64,000 nt of DNA from Octopus sinensis (GCF_006345805.1 NC_042999.1:65100001-65164000); one strand, 5' to 3'; counted from the stretch's first letter, positions 39,684-53,409 are shown. Numbers and translations: made by a program. The notes: generated by a model from the sequence alone, not told the origin.

Positions 39684-40107
39684 TTTTTCTACTCAAGGTA
39701 CAAGGCCTGTAATTTTGTGGGAGGGGGCCAGTCGATTAGATCGACCCAGTAGGCAACTGGTACTTAATTTATCAACCCCGAAAGGATGAAAGGCAAAGTC
39801 GATCTTGGCGGAATTTGAACTCAGAACGTAAAGACAGACGAAATACAGTTAGGTATGTTGCCCGGCGTGCTAACGTGTCTGCCAGCTCGCCGCTTTCAGC
39901 CTTCTATAAATTATAAATTCTTTTCTACTCTAAACGCAAGACCAGAAATTAAGTACCAGTATGCAACTGGTACTTAATTTATCAACCCCGAACGTTGAAA
40001 GGCAAAGTCGATCTCGGCCGAATTTGAACTCACAATGTTAAGACAGACGAAATACTGCTAAGCATTTCGCCCGGCGTGCTATAACGTGTCTGCCAGCTCA
40101 CCGCCTT
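39684..40107 (-). mobile_element. Two tandem SINE group A copies
   Basis: ttcagccttctata occurs at 39667, 39895 and 40106. Confidence 0.85.
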
Positions 40108-40535
40108 CAGCCTTCTATATATTGTAAAAGGTAACACAGGGTAGATGTTTTTTTAAAGTAGGATTATAAACACTTAAGCTCATAAAAGATATATATAAGC
40201 TAGTCAGCAAATCAATACCCACAATATCTCTCTCTCTTGCTCTTTTTACTTGCTTCTCTCTTCTTCCGATTTTTACATTATCTTTTCTCTTTCGCTTCTA
40301 TTCGTCACTCTTCCTATGTTTGTATTACCTTGTTTTCATCTAATTTACCATTCTTTGTGCAGGCTACAACGATGCTGTCATTCATGAAGGCTGTTTATTT
40401 ATTATTTTTGTTCAGTCAATCAATAGACCGATTGAGTGAATATAAACATGAACACACCTATCATCTCTATCAGAAACAGGTGTTTCTGGTGTAAATGCCA
40501 TTATTTTTGCCTTTTGCTTATACTCATACACACAC

Positions 40536-40566
<31 letters not shown>

Positions 40567-40744
40567 ACGTAAAGTATATTTGCCACTTAAATGTGGCTAA
40601 CCACTAAGGGTCGATGCTACTGTAGTTTGTAGTCCCAGAAGAACATCTTCTCCAGCTGGCTATTGACACACTTTCTGTGTCCTGTCAGTATTTGCAAAGG
40701 GAAGCCATCCTTCCCATCGTCGACCTGACATGATACATGCATAC

Positions 40745-40817
<73 letters not shown>

Positions 40818-41294
40818 AATGAGGAAATTGCGGACAAGAAGAAGTACGGTTGGATATTTTTTTTATTATACGCTACAGTTGTTTCGACGCAACGTAGTTC
40901 TCCAAGAATAGAGGTATTTCATTATGTAATTGTTTGTTTGCATAATGAGACCTATTTGCTTTTCCTCGAGGATTATACGAGTATTGTCTCAATTAGTTAA
41001 AAGTCGTTTACTTCAAGGCCTCCCCTCTTTTTGTCGTGGTTCGAATTTATATTCACACACGACGGATGCCAAAATTTAAACTTTGGAGTATATAATAACG
41101 CTAGCGACACTACTGAGTAATTCTGAAGGTGAACGGGCTCTATACTGTTCTCTACCACGTTTCTGACAGAATATAACCTAACCATATATTATATATATAT
41201 ATATATATAAAATTAATTAAGGGTAGAAATTGATATTTATCAATTAAGACCAGTGGTCTAGCATATTAAAAAAGAATCCGAAGATTAAAATATT

Positions 41295-41475
41295 TATATA
41301 TACCAATTAAGGACTGAACACGAAAAGTGGACAGTCAACATGCTAGATATAGACGTCAAATCGCCATTCACCACAAAAGATTATGATCTGAGAACATAAT
41401 CTTTTGTGGTGAATGGCGATTTGACGTCTATATCTAGCATGTTGACTGTCCACTTTTCGTGTTCAGTCCTTAATT

Positions 41476-41485
<10 letters not shown>
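41295..41485. repeat. Perfect inverted repeat, 91-bp arms with 9-nt spacer
   Basis: 41295-41385 is the reverse complement of 41395-41485; spacer atctgagaa. Confidence 0.95.
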
Positions 41486-41518
<33 letters not shown>

Positions 41519-41636
41519 CGGTTGGATATTTACCCTCCGGCTGCACCTCTCCTACATACGGATCACTGTGGACTCTACTCTTGATGAGAAATACTTGCAA
41601 TACACCACGGCGTCAAAAAACCTTTGAAAAAAGGTC

Positions 41637-41833
41637 AGTCGCCATAATAGATCGTTAGCCACTACACACTTTATTTTTCTCTCCTTGTTTCTCTCCTTGT
41701 TTTTTCTGTGTCTCTTTCGAGCGTAGGCTGGAAACGTAAAATACTTTTTCTGCCCCTGAGCGTTATACTAATGCATCTGTTTGTTTTGTATACCACCTGT
41801 CTTCGTCTTTTGTCTTTTTCGTAAACTCTCCCT
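41637..41833 (+). mobile_element. Penelope-like short element (core partly deleted)
   Basis: gtcgccat..gagcgtaggctggaaacg..ctgagcgttatactaat, homologous to 9337-9532. Confidence 0.6.
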
Positions 41834-42522
41834 ATATATATATATATGCAATAAAAATTTTTTCTTAAGTAAAAAGAAGATGGAAGTGGTATTAATTCTT
41901 TTGTACAACGGTCGTTTGTATTGCATCAATTTTGCAGTCTGGGTCTCATCAGGTACATCCATACATAAAGTTGTTTCTCGCAAAAGATTCTGAGTTTTAG
42001 CTGTCATGTTGTTATATGCGTGTCTGGTTAGGAAATGAGACATCGCTACAATTTACACTTACAAATCTCTTTCTTCCGTAAGAGTTGCAAAACACTTGTA
42101 AATACAAAGATTTGATGATAAAAAAAAGGATTCTAGGAGAAGTTGATAGACAGGGATGTATTGAGCTAGAGGAATGGTATTAGAAGATGGAAGGGAGAAA
42201 TATATATGCAGGTTGTAATGTTTAGGGATAACAAAAAGGTGTTTAGGTAGCTAGCGTGGATCAGGATGTGAATACACACTCACGCACGCGCACTCTCTTT
42301 CGTACATGCACTCACACAAGGGACGTTGGCCCACCCGCCCACACGGTCAATCTCGCCCGTATTTCCTGTAATTTATGGTTGGAAGATAACCTCATGAGGA
42401 GTGTGTCGTCACGCTCACCTCGAGATTAGGGCAGCTCGCAGACAGTCTACATATACAGATATACACGTACTTATGTCTGTATATGTATAAACACACATAT
42501 ATATGTATATATATACATACAT

Positions 42523-42599
<77 letters not shown>

Positions 42600-42789
42600 T
42601 ATATACTAAGTAATTAAGGGTTTAGCAACGATTTGCCTCACCACACACCGAATTTAGAAATAGCAGTCAAAGAGTTATGGCTATTCTTTCTATTTAAAAG
42701 AGAGATCTCATTAAAAAGCACAGCACTTAAAAGGCAAACAACGCAAGTAAAAGAGAAAGAAATGACGATAATCATTCTATATTAAGTCA

Positions 42790-42880
42790 CCTACGGACGT
42801 ACGTTTCGAAATTAAGTCATAGGAAAGCATAAAAATTAAATAATTATGTCTTACCCGACTACTTTTCTCCTCAGCGTTGG
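42790..42880 (-). ncRNA. Type I hammerhead ribozyme (Penelope-type minimal form) within a TA-flanked element at about 42606-43120
   Basis: Minus strand CCAACG-CUGAGGA-[GAAA..long stem II..UUUC]-GAAAC-GUAC-GUC-CGUAGG: full core, palindromic loop 3, GUC triplet, stem I 5/6 paired. Confidence 0.75.
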
Positions 42881-43261
42881 ACTCTACAATTATAAATAAT
42901 TGTTTATTAAATTTGGAGGCACTAGAAGACATCACCTCAACTCATGGTATCAGAGCGAGCGTAAGCCGTGACCAGTAACACCAAATTCAAAGTGTGAATG
43001 ACAGTATGTGTCACCATCCTCCTCCCACCAGCGTGCTGCCAGAATAAGATGTTGCGGCTATTTACTGGGATGAAATATGGTTATCAATAATAATATAGGG
43101 TGATTATTATTGATAACTATATATATTATATATATTATATATATATATTATATATATATATATATATATAATATATGTGTGTGTGTGTATGTGTGTGTGT
43201 GTATGTGTATATATACATACATACATGCATGCATACATACATACAGATATATATACATAAA

Positions 43262-43461
43262 AAATGTGACCGCGTGTGTTTCTTCGGCGAATTTTTTCCC
43301 CCCGTCTTCCCTACCTTGGATCTTTCCTTTTCCTATGTTTCAGACGAAGAGCTCTGCTGGAAACGTTAAATCCTCCTTCTTTCTTTCCTTTACTGGAGCG
43401 TCGAATAACACTATACTTGTTCCACGTCTTCGGATTGTTGTGTTTTCATGTTTGGATTAAC
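43262..43461 (+). mobile_element. Penelope-like short element with decayed CUGACGA-type hammerhead core
   Basis: tttcagacgaagagctctgctggaaacg..gagcgtc. Confidence 0.55.
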
Positions 43462-43494
43462 TATATATATATATATATATACATACATATATAT

Positions 43495-43575
<81 letters not shown>

Positions 43576-43579
43576 TTGA

Positions 43580-44289
43580 CGTATTTGACGGCATATAGAA
43601 CGCACTTTTTTCCAAAAAATTGGCTAAAAAAATCGCCCTGCGTTCAATATGCGAAGTCAAGACCCTCCCGTAGGCTAATCTTCTCCCAGACGCTCACTAA
43701 CCTAATTACGATAAGTATTTCTACCTATGCTAACGCCTTAATGATATTTTCCGTACTCATGCATCATTATTTTATTGCTAGTATTATTATTATTATTATT
43801 ACCAGTATTATTACTTTAAAATACGAATTATCGTAAAAATCAAAGCAATCTACCGTAAATTGTTAGGCTGCGATCCATGACACACGTTTACTAATATCAG
43901 CTGATCGGAACCCTAACTCGATGCCATCTGACGGTGAGGAGTAAAACTACATGATCGTTGCGAGTTCGTGTATATACGGAGGTAGGTTGGATATCTCGGT
44001 ACAACAAAGTTTATGATCATAACAAAACACACTACAACAGTACAAGCACCCTCACGGTTATGGCAACACCCTCACGGCTATGGCAACACTCTCACGGCTA
44101 TTGCAATTTGTATGCTTTCCTTTTGTATGCTTGCTTTTATACTGCAATATTTTCTGCTTTTGTAATGAGCTGCTAGACTGCTTTCAACAATATATGCTTA
44201 AATACACTTAAAACTTTTTTTCCTGAATTTGACCTGCTGAAATGAGGGTGCGTCTAATATGCCAGTGCGTCTAATATGCCGTCAAATAC

Positions 44290-44291
<2 letters not shown>
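43580..44291. mobile_element. pogo-like non-autonomous DNA transposon in (TA)n
   Basis: TIRs cgtatttgacggcatatagaacgcac and gtgcgtctaatatgccgtcaaatacgg; internal 20-bp x3 repeat at 44047-44106. Confidence 0.8.
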
Positions 44292-44326
<35 letters not shown>

Positions 44327-44709
44327 CGTATATACACAAACACATACATGTAGATCCACCTATATATATATATACCTGTCTAACGACCATTGTACAAAAT
44401 ATAGGTTAATACGAAATCCATCTTCTAAATACGTAAGAAATTATTATTATTATTATCTCAATTAAGACTGCGTAGTTTCTGCTGTAGATCCAACGGAAGT
44501 ATACCCGGATTGCGGACGACACCAAGTATCCCAAACTATGCGAGTACTCTACTCAACACTTTAACACAATAAACGACATATACCCATCAGTCCAAAATCT
44601 TTAATATATATATATGTATATATTTGTGTGTACATATATATATATATATAATATATATATTATATATATATATTCATATAATATATATATATAATATATA
44701 TATATGTGT

Positions 44710-44883
44710 GACAACCGATGCTGGTGTGTTTACGTCCCCGTCACTTAGCGGTTCGGCAAAAGAGACCGATAGAATAAGTACTGGGCTTACAAAGAATAAC
44801 TCCCGGGGTCGAATTGCTCGACTAAAGGCGGTGCTCCAGCATGGCCGCAGTCAAATGACTGAAACAAGTAAAAGAGTAAAAGA

Positions 44884-44885
<2 letters not shown>
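44710..44885 (+). mobile_element. SINE group C 3' half
   Basis: gacaaccgatgctgg..gtgctccagcatggccgcagtcaaatgactgaaac. Confidence 0.88.
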
Positions 44886-44947
<62 letters not shown>

Positions 44948-45519
44948 TTTTGTAGTTCTCTTCGTTACTTTTCCATTTGAAAGATTTGTTGCCACGAAAA
45001 TATTTCAATCATGTTTGGTTATTATCCAGCATTGAATCGTATTCCCAAATAAAAGATTATGTGAATTGATTCTCGTGTCATTTAAGTGTATTTTAATTAA
45101 AACACACGCAAACAAAGAAACAGACATATATATATATACATACATAAGAGACATAGATAATAGTCGCACCCATAATCACATTGTTTGAATAAAGACATTA
45201 AAACCAGTATTACAAAAAACTTATACCCACACAAAAAGAAAACTAGTTGAGCAAAAATATATGGATAAATGGATAAATGATATGAAAAAATAAATGAACA
45301 AAAACGTTCACACCCAACTCACCAACAAACGATAATTAAATTATCACTTTCTCCACATATAAAAGCAAATAGTACTAACGCCACGCAAGAGAGATAACAC
45401 ATTTGTTTCCGTATTTCATGTTGTTTACACAGTTGGTAACGTCCTATACCCACATATGCATATATATACATACATACTGGACCTTATCGCGTATATATAC
45501 ATACATACACACACACACA

Positions 45520-45536
45520 CATATATATATATATAT

Positions 45537-45589
<53 letters not shown>

Positions 45590-45951
45590 GTGTGTGCGTG
45601 CATGTGTGTTGTGTGTGTGTGTGTGTGTGTTTGTTTGTGTGCGTGTGCATATATCGGTACAGGACATCAACAACTGTGTAAACAACATGAAATACGGAAA
45701 CAAACGAGTGAAAAAATGGAAAACAGGACATGTAAACACAGAGACCGACCCTTTATCATTTGTCGGCTGTCTCTCTACTTCTGATTTCGCGCAGAGGTGT
45801 TGATAGACTGCTGATAATTGATGAAGTGTCGTTTTCTGTGTTTATCTGTGCTGTTTTCCATTTTTTTCTCTCGTTGTTTGCGTATTGAACACGTTTGTTT
45901 TCGTATTTCATGCTGCTTATACAGTTGGTGACGTTCTGTACCCATATATGC

Positions 45952-46030
<79 letters not shown>

Positions 46031-46405
46031 TGTGTGTGCGTGTGTGTGTGCGTGCATGTGTGTTGTGTGTGTGTGTGTGTGTGTTTGTTTGTGTGCGTGT
46101 GCATATATCGGTACAGGACATCAACAACTGTGTAAACAACATGAAATACGGAAACAAACGAGTGGAAAAATGGAAAACAGGACATGTAAACACAGAGACC
46201 GACCCTTTATCATTTGTCGGCTGTCTCTCTACTTCTGATTTCGCGCAGAGGTGTTGATAGACTGCTGATAATTGATGAAGTGTCGTTTTCTGTGTTTATC
46301 TGTGCTGTTTTCCATTTTTTTCTCTCGTTGTTTGCGTATTGAACACGTTTGTTTTCGTATTTCATGCTGCTTATACAGTTGGTGACGTTCTGTACCCATA
46401 TATGC

Positions 46406-46460
<55 letters not shown>
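45520..46460. repeat. Near-perfect 454-bp tandem duplication; each unit is (TA)n(TG)n plus a ~300-bp imperfect palindrome
   Basis: ORF ends offset by exactly 454 (45739/46193, 45784/46238, 45803/46257). Confidence 0.9.
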
Positions 46461-46462
<2 letters not shown>

Positions 46463-46463
<1 letters not shown>

Positions 46464-46720
46464 GGGAAGCTTTACGAAAATAAACAAAAAACGAAGGCAG
46501 GTGGAGTACAAACAAACAGTTGTATTAGTATGGCGCTCAGGAATAGAAATAAAACAAGTCTTTTACGTTTCAAGCCTACGCTCTTCAACAGAAAGATACA
46601 CAGAATAGAAACACGGAGAGAAACAAGGAGAGAAAAAAATGCGTGCAGGAGCTAACGATTCAACATGGCGGTTTGATTTCGGCCAGAAGTCAGAGATCAG
46701 ACGTTAGACGCAAGAGGAAT
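46463..46720 (-). mobile_element. Penelope-like element with CTGTTGA core
   Basis: Minus strand ctgttgaagagcgtaggcttgaaacg..ctgagcgccatactaatac. Confidence 0.6.
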
Positions 46721-47403
46721 AGTAGGGGAGATAAGAGGGTCGAATGACCTCGCCCCAACATAAGGGTGCGTGTGTGTATGAGAGAATATGTATGTGCGTA
46801 TGAAAGGTCTGGACGTGTGTATGTATGTATGATGTGATGTGTAATGTCGTATGGTGTAGTGTAGTGTCGTATGGTGTAGTGTAGTGTGGTGTGATGTGGG
46901 GAGGTGGGGAAAGCCCATGTGGGGTGTGGGGTCGCCTGGGGGTTGGGGTAGAGTGGGTGTTTTCATGTATGTATGCATTCGTGTATATTGTTGCAATATA
47001 TGTCTATGCATGTATATATACGCACATACACACTCTCACGTGCACACAAACGCACAGCCATAAGAACACACAAGGAATGAAACTCAAACGTTTACATATC
47101 TAATCGAAGCTACATGCATTTCAACACCTCGGGCATTTGTCCAACAACGTGTATTATTAGAGGATATTACGTAATATTAGGTACCGAATTATCAAGCAAT
47201 AACAACTAAAATTATCCTTTGATTTGATGTTACTGTAAACGGGTGTATATAGTCCGATAAAATAATGAGGATATACAACAATACAATATCAGTTAATGTG
47301 ATATTATATTATGCATTGTTGAATAAATGACCAAGGTATTGAAACGGCTATAGCAATGTTTCGGAACTTTCCATTTTTTATTTCATTACTGTATATGTAT
47401 ATA

Positions 47404-47676
47404 CGAGGGTGCGGTGCAAAGTTTAAGGGCATGATTGTGTGTGTTACCTTTTGTCCTACATTTACTCTGATAATCATAATATTGAAATCAATATGCATGA
47501 CTCTAAGGGCATCACGAGGGGCCTGCTTGGATGACCAAACTACTGAGGTCTTTTACTGAAAGACTGCTTCTATAAGTGTATGTACCTGAGAGGGGTATAT
47601 GTGGAATAAAATCATAATTATGTGATCTTCCTGTATTTCCTGTTACCTAAAGCTTAGAACATTTCAGCATCCATCT
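47404..47676 (+). mobile_element. mariner-derived MITE/deletion derivative
   Basis: TA|cgagggtgcggtgcaaagttt start; KCMYLRGVYVE* mariner C-terminal remnant; decayed right TIR aacatttcagcatcc. Confidence 0.6.
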
Positions 47677-48792
47677 TAAGTGCACACACGCACACACTCG
47701 CACTCACATGCAAACATATGTGTGTGTATGTATGAGTGTGTGTCTGTGCCTGAATGAGTATGTGCATGTATATCTATATGCATGTGTGTATGTACGCATG
47801 TACTGGGTGATAACGAGGGCTTGTCGAATGCTCAAATCCCAACGGAGTAATCGCAACTTTGAAATAAATATATATGAATATAAATGAATTCTATATATAA
47901 ATTGAATATACACATCACTCACATACACTTGCGAGCTCACACATACAAAGGAAAATATAGTTATGTACATAGGTATGTTTGCTTCTTGGAGATATTGCCT
48001 CGCTGCCTATGGAAATTTATTAGAAACAAGTGTACTTGGTTTCCAGAAAATGTTCTGAAGAAATCTCATTATAAAAATTAATTTCACTTATGACGACTTC
48101 GGAAATGAAAATTTATAGAAATAATTATATAACTTATATAAAAATGCAATCTTATATTCTTGTCATATGAACCAATTTTATAATCTCTCACTCACTCGTT
48201 ACTCCTAGCCATTCCGTCACACATTCTCTCCTTCTTTCTGTCTCTCTTTCTCTTTCGTCCTCACTAAATGAATGTGTGTGTGTATATATGTAAGTATGCA
48301 TATGCGTGAGTAATTAATATACAGATATATCTATATATATGTAATACACAAATATATATATATATATGTACATATATACATACACATACATGTATAAACA
48401 CTCACACAGAAATATATATTTATATACAGTGTGTGTGTGTGTGTGTGGGTGTATATATGTGTGTGTGCGTGCATATGCATACATAGATATATATAATATT
48501 TATAATATCTTTAAAAGCATGTATTTTAAAAGATATATGTGTGTGTGTGTGTGCATATATTACTCCAACCTTTCCCTCTCTCTTCCACCCTTCCTCTCCC
48601 TATGTTGCTCCTTATAAACATGTGTCTATTGATTTTAATGTTATGATATATAGAGTAAATGCAGGAGAAAAGGAAACACGCAAACACATATTTCTACATA
48701 CAACATACACACACACACACGCACGCATAAACGCGCACATTCACACACCCACTCACATATATATGCACACACACACACACATATATATATGC

Positions 48793-48834
<42 letters not shown>

Positions 48835-49202
48835 ATATATACATATACATATAAATATATATATATATATACATACATATATACATATATATAATACACA
48901 CACACACATATATTATATATATATATTATATATATTATTATATTATATATATATATATACATAGATATATATATATTTTTTTCTTCCTGAGCGTTATACT
49001 AATACATCTGTTTGTTTTGTACACCACCTGTCTTCGTCTTTTGGTTTTTTTTCGTAAATTCTCCCTGTATATATGTATATATATATATATATAAGCCTTT
49101 TATTTTTTTATTTACGTTGTGCATTTTCGGTGATTTTTTCTTATTTTCCCCTTACATTTCCACGTGTATATTATATTTTATATTTGTAACATATTTTTAC
49201 TA

Positions 49203-49245
<43 letters not shown>

Positions 49246-49552
49246 ATATATATATTTCCGCCAAATTGGCTCTCTTTTCATTGGTAGTTTGTAACTCAGA
49301 GTTTCGGGGAGGAAGGTAGACCTGCATTTCATGTCACATTATGTCACGATGTTACTTGAAGCGTATCACGAATGTAATTCTCGAAAACTTATTTTCTATA
49401 ACATAATAAATATGATTTTTTTGCAATATTCATTTTCTAGAATGTCACTATGTCGCCTTTTTACTTAGTCTTTAATATTTAATATAATATTCTTGGATGT
49501 TATCTCGTTGTAAAATTAGGCCCTCTATTTTAGGTAATGGCTTAGAATAAAG

Positions 49553-49862
49553 CCGGCACTCTGTCGGTAACGACGAAGATGGCTCTTGTAGATTTCATCA
49601 ACGGAACAGTCTCTTCATGAAACTAACGTGCAAGTGACTGAGTACTCCACAGTCACGTGAACCATTAATGTAATTCTTAAGAAGATTCTGCATGATACAG
49701 AGTGTGATAAGACTGATCCTTTGAATTAAAAGTACAAGTCATTTTTGCCAGCCGAGTTTGACTGGGTTGACATGAAATATAGTGTCTTTTTTGAAGGACA
49801 AAACGCTCCGCCCGGAATCGAACTCGCGAGCTGAATAACCTAACCGCAAGCCACGCGCTTTC
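49553..49862 (-). mobile_element. SINE group B (M1 + T2), decayed
   Basis: Reverse complement of the 30723-31035 type. Confidence 0.7.
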
Positions 49863-49872
49863 TCTCAGCTTA

Positions 49873-50708
49873 CATATATATATAACTCAACTTGTGTGTC
49901 TGTGTGTGTATCTGTGTGTGTGTCTGTGTGTTTAACTTCCCGGCACATCTCCTCCTAGCCAACAAATCGTAGAACCACCAGAAATGGGGCACTTAAAGTT
50001 TAGGCGAATGAAAATTGAACTGCGCTAATTCTGTTCCGAAATTCATCTCGCAAGTGCAAAAATCGATAATGTGTTTGTTTAGGCCTTATCCCATGCATTG
50101 AATAGTGAACTTTACTCAGTCAGCTGTTTGCCATGAACTATGTTGACCACGCGTGCAAGCATGCGTAAATTGCATGAAAAATAAAAAAAATCAAGATATA
50201 AAAACTAATCGCCGTAAACATTGTAGAAATTCCGCATAGAAATGAATTTTCGGGATGTTGCCTGGAGGGTTTTTTCGTATTAATCGTTTGGGTTTTGTGA
50301 ACACATACCAATTGTTTTCATAACATTTTTAACGCTTTGAATTAAATGTGACCATTTTGCGTTGAGTCTGCAGTTTGAATCACTTTAACCAAATTTTAGC
50401 AGGCCGGATTTTTGATCATCACGATACATCGCCAGCGACTCCCTGAAACTCTCCCCTGAAATCCCCGTTGAGAAATACTGATCTAAAAGAATAATTCAAC
50501 AATGCAATTATTTGATCAACAAAAATTTATGAAACGCTTCTACGTACTTCCTATTGAGGAAATGGAACACATAAGCGCAAAAATAGAGGGCATTAAATGC
50601 TTGATTTTAAAACCAAAATAATTTAATTTTGATTGAACTTCATCCAAGTTTAGCTTAATTCGCGCGTGCATATAACGCACGAGCGCACGAACCGGGCAAT
50701 ACTGCTAG
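49873..50708 (+). mobile_element. Non-autonomous Helitron-like element
   Basis: 5' atatatatataac..tgtgtgtctgtg; 3' decayed hairpin ..accgggcaatactgCTAG|T matching the end of 27758-28274. Confidence 0.6.
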
Positions 50709-50816
50709 TTAAAGATAAATCAAACTAATTAGCGTCTTCAGTACACATCACGTTTGATTACGTCCCTCCTGAAAACTATTAGTGTTTTTGTAGTAGAAAT
50801 ATGCTTATTTAAAAGT

Positions 50817-51180
50817 GTGGAGGCGCAATGGCCCAGTGGTTAGGGCAGCGGACTCGATTCCCAGACCGGGCGTTGTGAGTGTTTATTAAGCGAAAACACC
50901 TAAAGCTCCACGAGGCTCCGGCAAGGGATGGTGGTGATCCCTGCTGCACTCTTTCACCACAACTTTCTCTCACTCTTACTTCCTGTTTCTGTTGTACCTG
51001 TATTTCAAAGGGCCGGCCTTGTCACTCTCTGTGTCACGCTGAATATCCCCGAGAACTACGGTAAGGGTACACGTGTCTGTGGAGTGCTCAGCCACTTACA
51101 CGTTAATTTCACGTGCAGGCTGTTCCGTTGATTCGGATCAACCGGAACCTTCGTCGTCGTAACCGACGGTGTGCTTCCAA
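50817..51180 (+). mobile_element. SINE group B (M2 + T2) with atttaaaagt TSD
   Basis: Head internally deleted; TSD on both sides. Confidence 0.88.
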
Positions 51181-51582
51181 TCCCATTTAAAAGTAAGCAC
51201 TTACAAAACTCTCATTGCTTGTTTACAAAAAGAGAGAAGGTAAATAATATAAAGTGGACAGCCAGTGTGTCCAATGCCGCTCATATCGAACATGCTGAGT
51301 CACGTTGACAGCGAGTAGAATGGAACTACCAGCCTCTACTAGATTCAAACCAAGCAAATGGATGCGTTAGTATCAAAGTAGAAGGTTTTGCAACTAACGG
51401 GGACGGCAATTGTATATCACTTGAAGAAATACAACCAGATCCGTTGCATAATTAAAATACTGTATATATGCGGATCTCTGTTGTAAGGAAACATGTGTAG
51501 TGATTATTAAATAACTGTCTAACTCCTTCTTGTTGACGCAGTCTTATTCAATTACACACACATGCACGTACACACACACACG

Positions 51583-51633
<51 letters not shown>

Positions 51634-51639
51634 CTCGCG

Positions 51640-51883
51640 TGTTTCAATCATTCGACTACAGCCATGCTGGGGCACCGCTTTGAAGAATTGTAGTCGGACG
51701 AAACGAACCCTGTATTAATTTTATTTACTTTATTAATTTTTTTTTAGCGTGGTAATTATTCTAGCGGTCTCTGTTGCCAAATCACTAAGTCGGCAGGACG
51801 TGAACTCACCTACATCGGTTGTCTAGCGGAGGTAGGGTACAAAGATAGACGCAAAGATACCCACAGAACTATCTGTCTATCCG

Positions 51884-51960
<77 letters not shown>

Positions 51961-52048
51961 TCGACGGGCTCCTTTCAGTTTTCGTCTACCATATCTACTG
52001 AGAAAGATTTGGTTGGCCCGAGGCTTATAGTACACCCAATGCGCCACG
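51640..52048 (-). mobile_element. Older SINE group C with internal (TATC)n
   Basis: gccatgctggggcaccgc..cgacgggctcctttcagtt. Confidence 0.7.
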
Positions 52049-52960
52049 CAAAAGGACCTCATGCATTTTTGATGCACACACAACACACACAACACACATG
52101 CGTGTATATATAACCTCCTATGTGCATGCACGTACGATTATGCGTGCTTGTGTGAGTGAGTGTGTTGGTGTATACGCCTGCCGTTTACGATGAGCTTTTA
52201 GGAAATTATAGTATTACTATATACAAACACTTTCTCTAATCATATCTGTAAGCAAACCAATACTTAAAAAGATAAAGTTTTCCTTAGATACGTGCTGTTT
52301 GCATATGTTTTATTTAAAACAAGACTTTAACTTAACTCATACACGCAACGCAGACATGTGTACGTTTACACACACATACACACACACAATCTTTTCACTT
52401 TGACTCACACACACGCGTGTCTACACTGTTTGTATCCTCTTTTTTTTGTTGTACATCTACATGCGTATTATTAATCAATACTCTAAAAATAAAGATGCTT
52501 CAAATGTCGTTCGAGGTAAACAAAAAATAAATAAATAAATTTCTAAATAAACAAATAAAAGAATGAATAAATAGAAAACGAAGAAGAAAAAAAAACCGAG
52601 CCAATAAATGAAGGAACATTGATATTTTAAATCAATGCAAATCTTTTATGGAAGATCAAGCAAAAAGCTGACAGAATATGTGGAGCGTAGTGCATATGTG
52701 CAGATAGTTTAATGTGGTAGAGTGCGGAGTTGAGGAGATATTTAAAATATAAACCAGGTGGAGTGCTGCATGTGTTAGGAGAGGGAAGGTTTATATATTT
52801 TCAATGAAAGCCACTGTAGAATATGTTTGTAGTAGTGCAAGTAAACGCAAACAAAATCCTACTAAAATTCAGTTTTATGTTTTAAAAATGTCACCAAACT
52901 TAATAAAGATGTTAGCTTATATAACGAACAAAGAGTAGTGATTTAGTATAAAAAACTTTC

Positions 52961-53146
52961 ATTTAGTTGACGTATCATAAAATCTTTAGACGTAAACATA
53001 TAATAAACTGGTTGATAAAATATACACACATGGGCAAAGGGAAATGTGTCAAATGAGTTTTTTACGCGTATCTTGTTATACACACACACATATATGACAA
53101 TTGAAAGACGGAAGATGGAATATATATAATTAATACACACACACGT

Positions 53147-53225
<79 letters not shown>

Positions 53226-53374
53226 TATATACATATATATATACATATATATACATATATATATACATATATATATATATGTATATATATGTATATATAT
53301 ATGTATATATATATGTATATATATATGTATATATATATTATATATATATATATATATTATATATATATATATAT

Positions 53375-53409
<35 letters not shown>

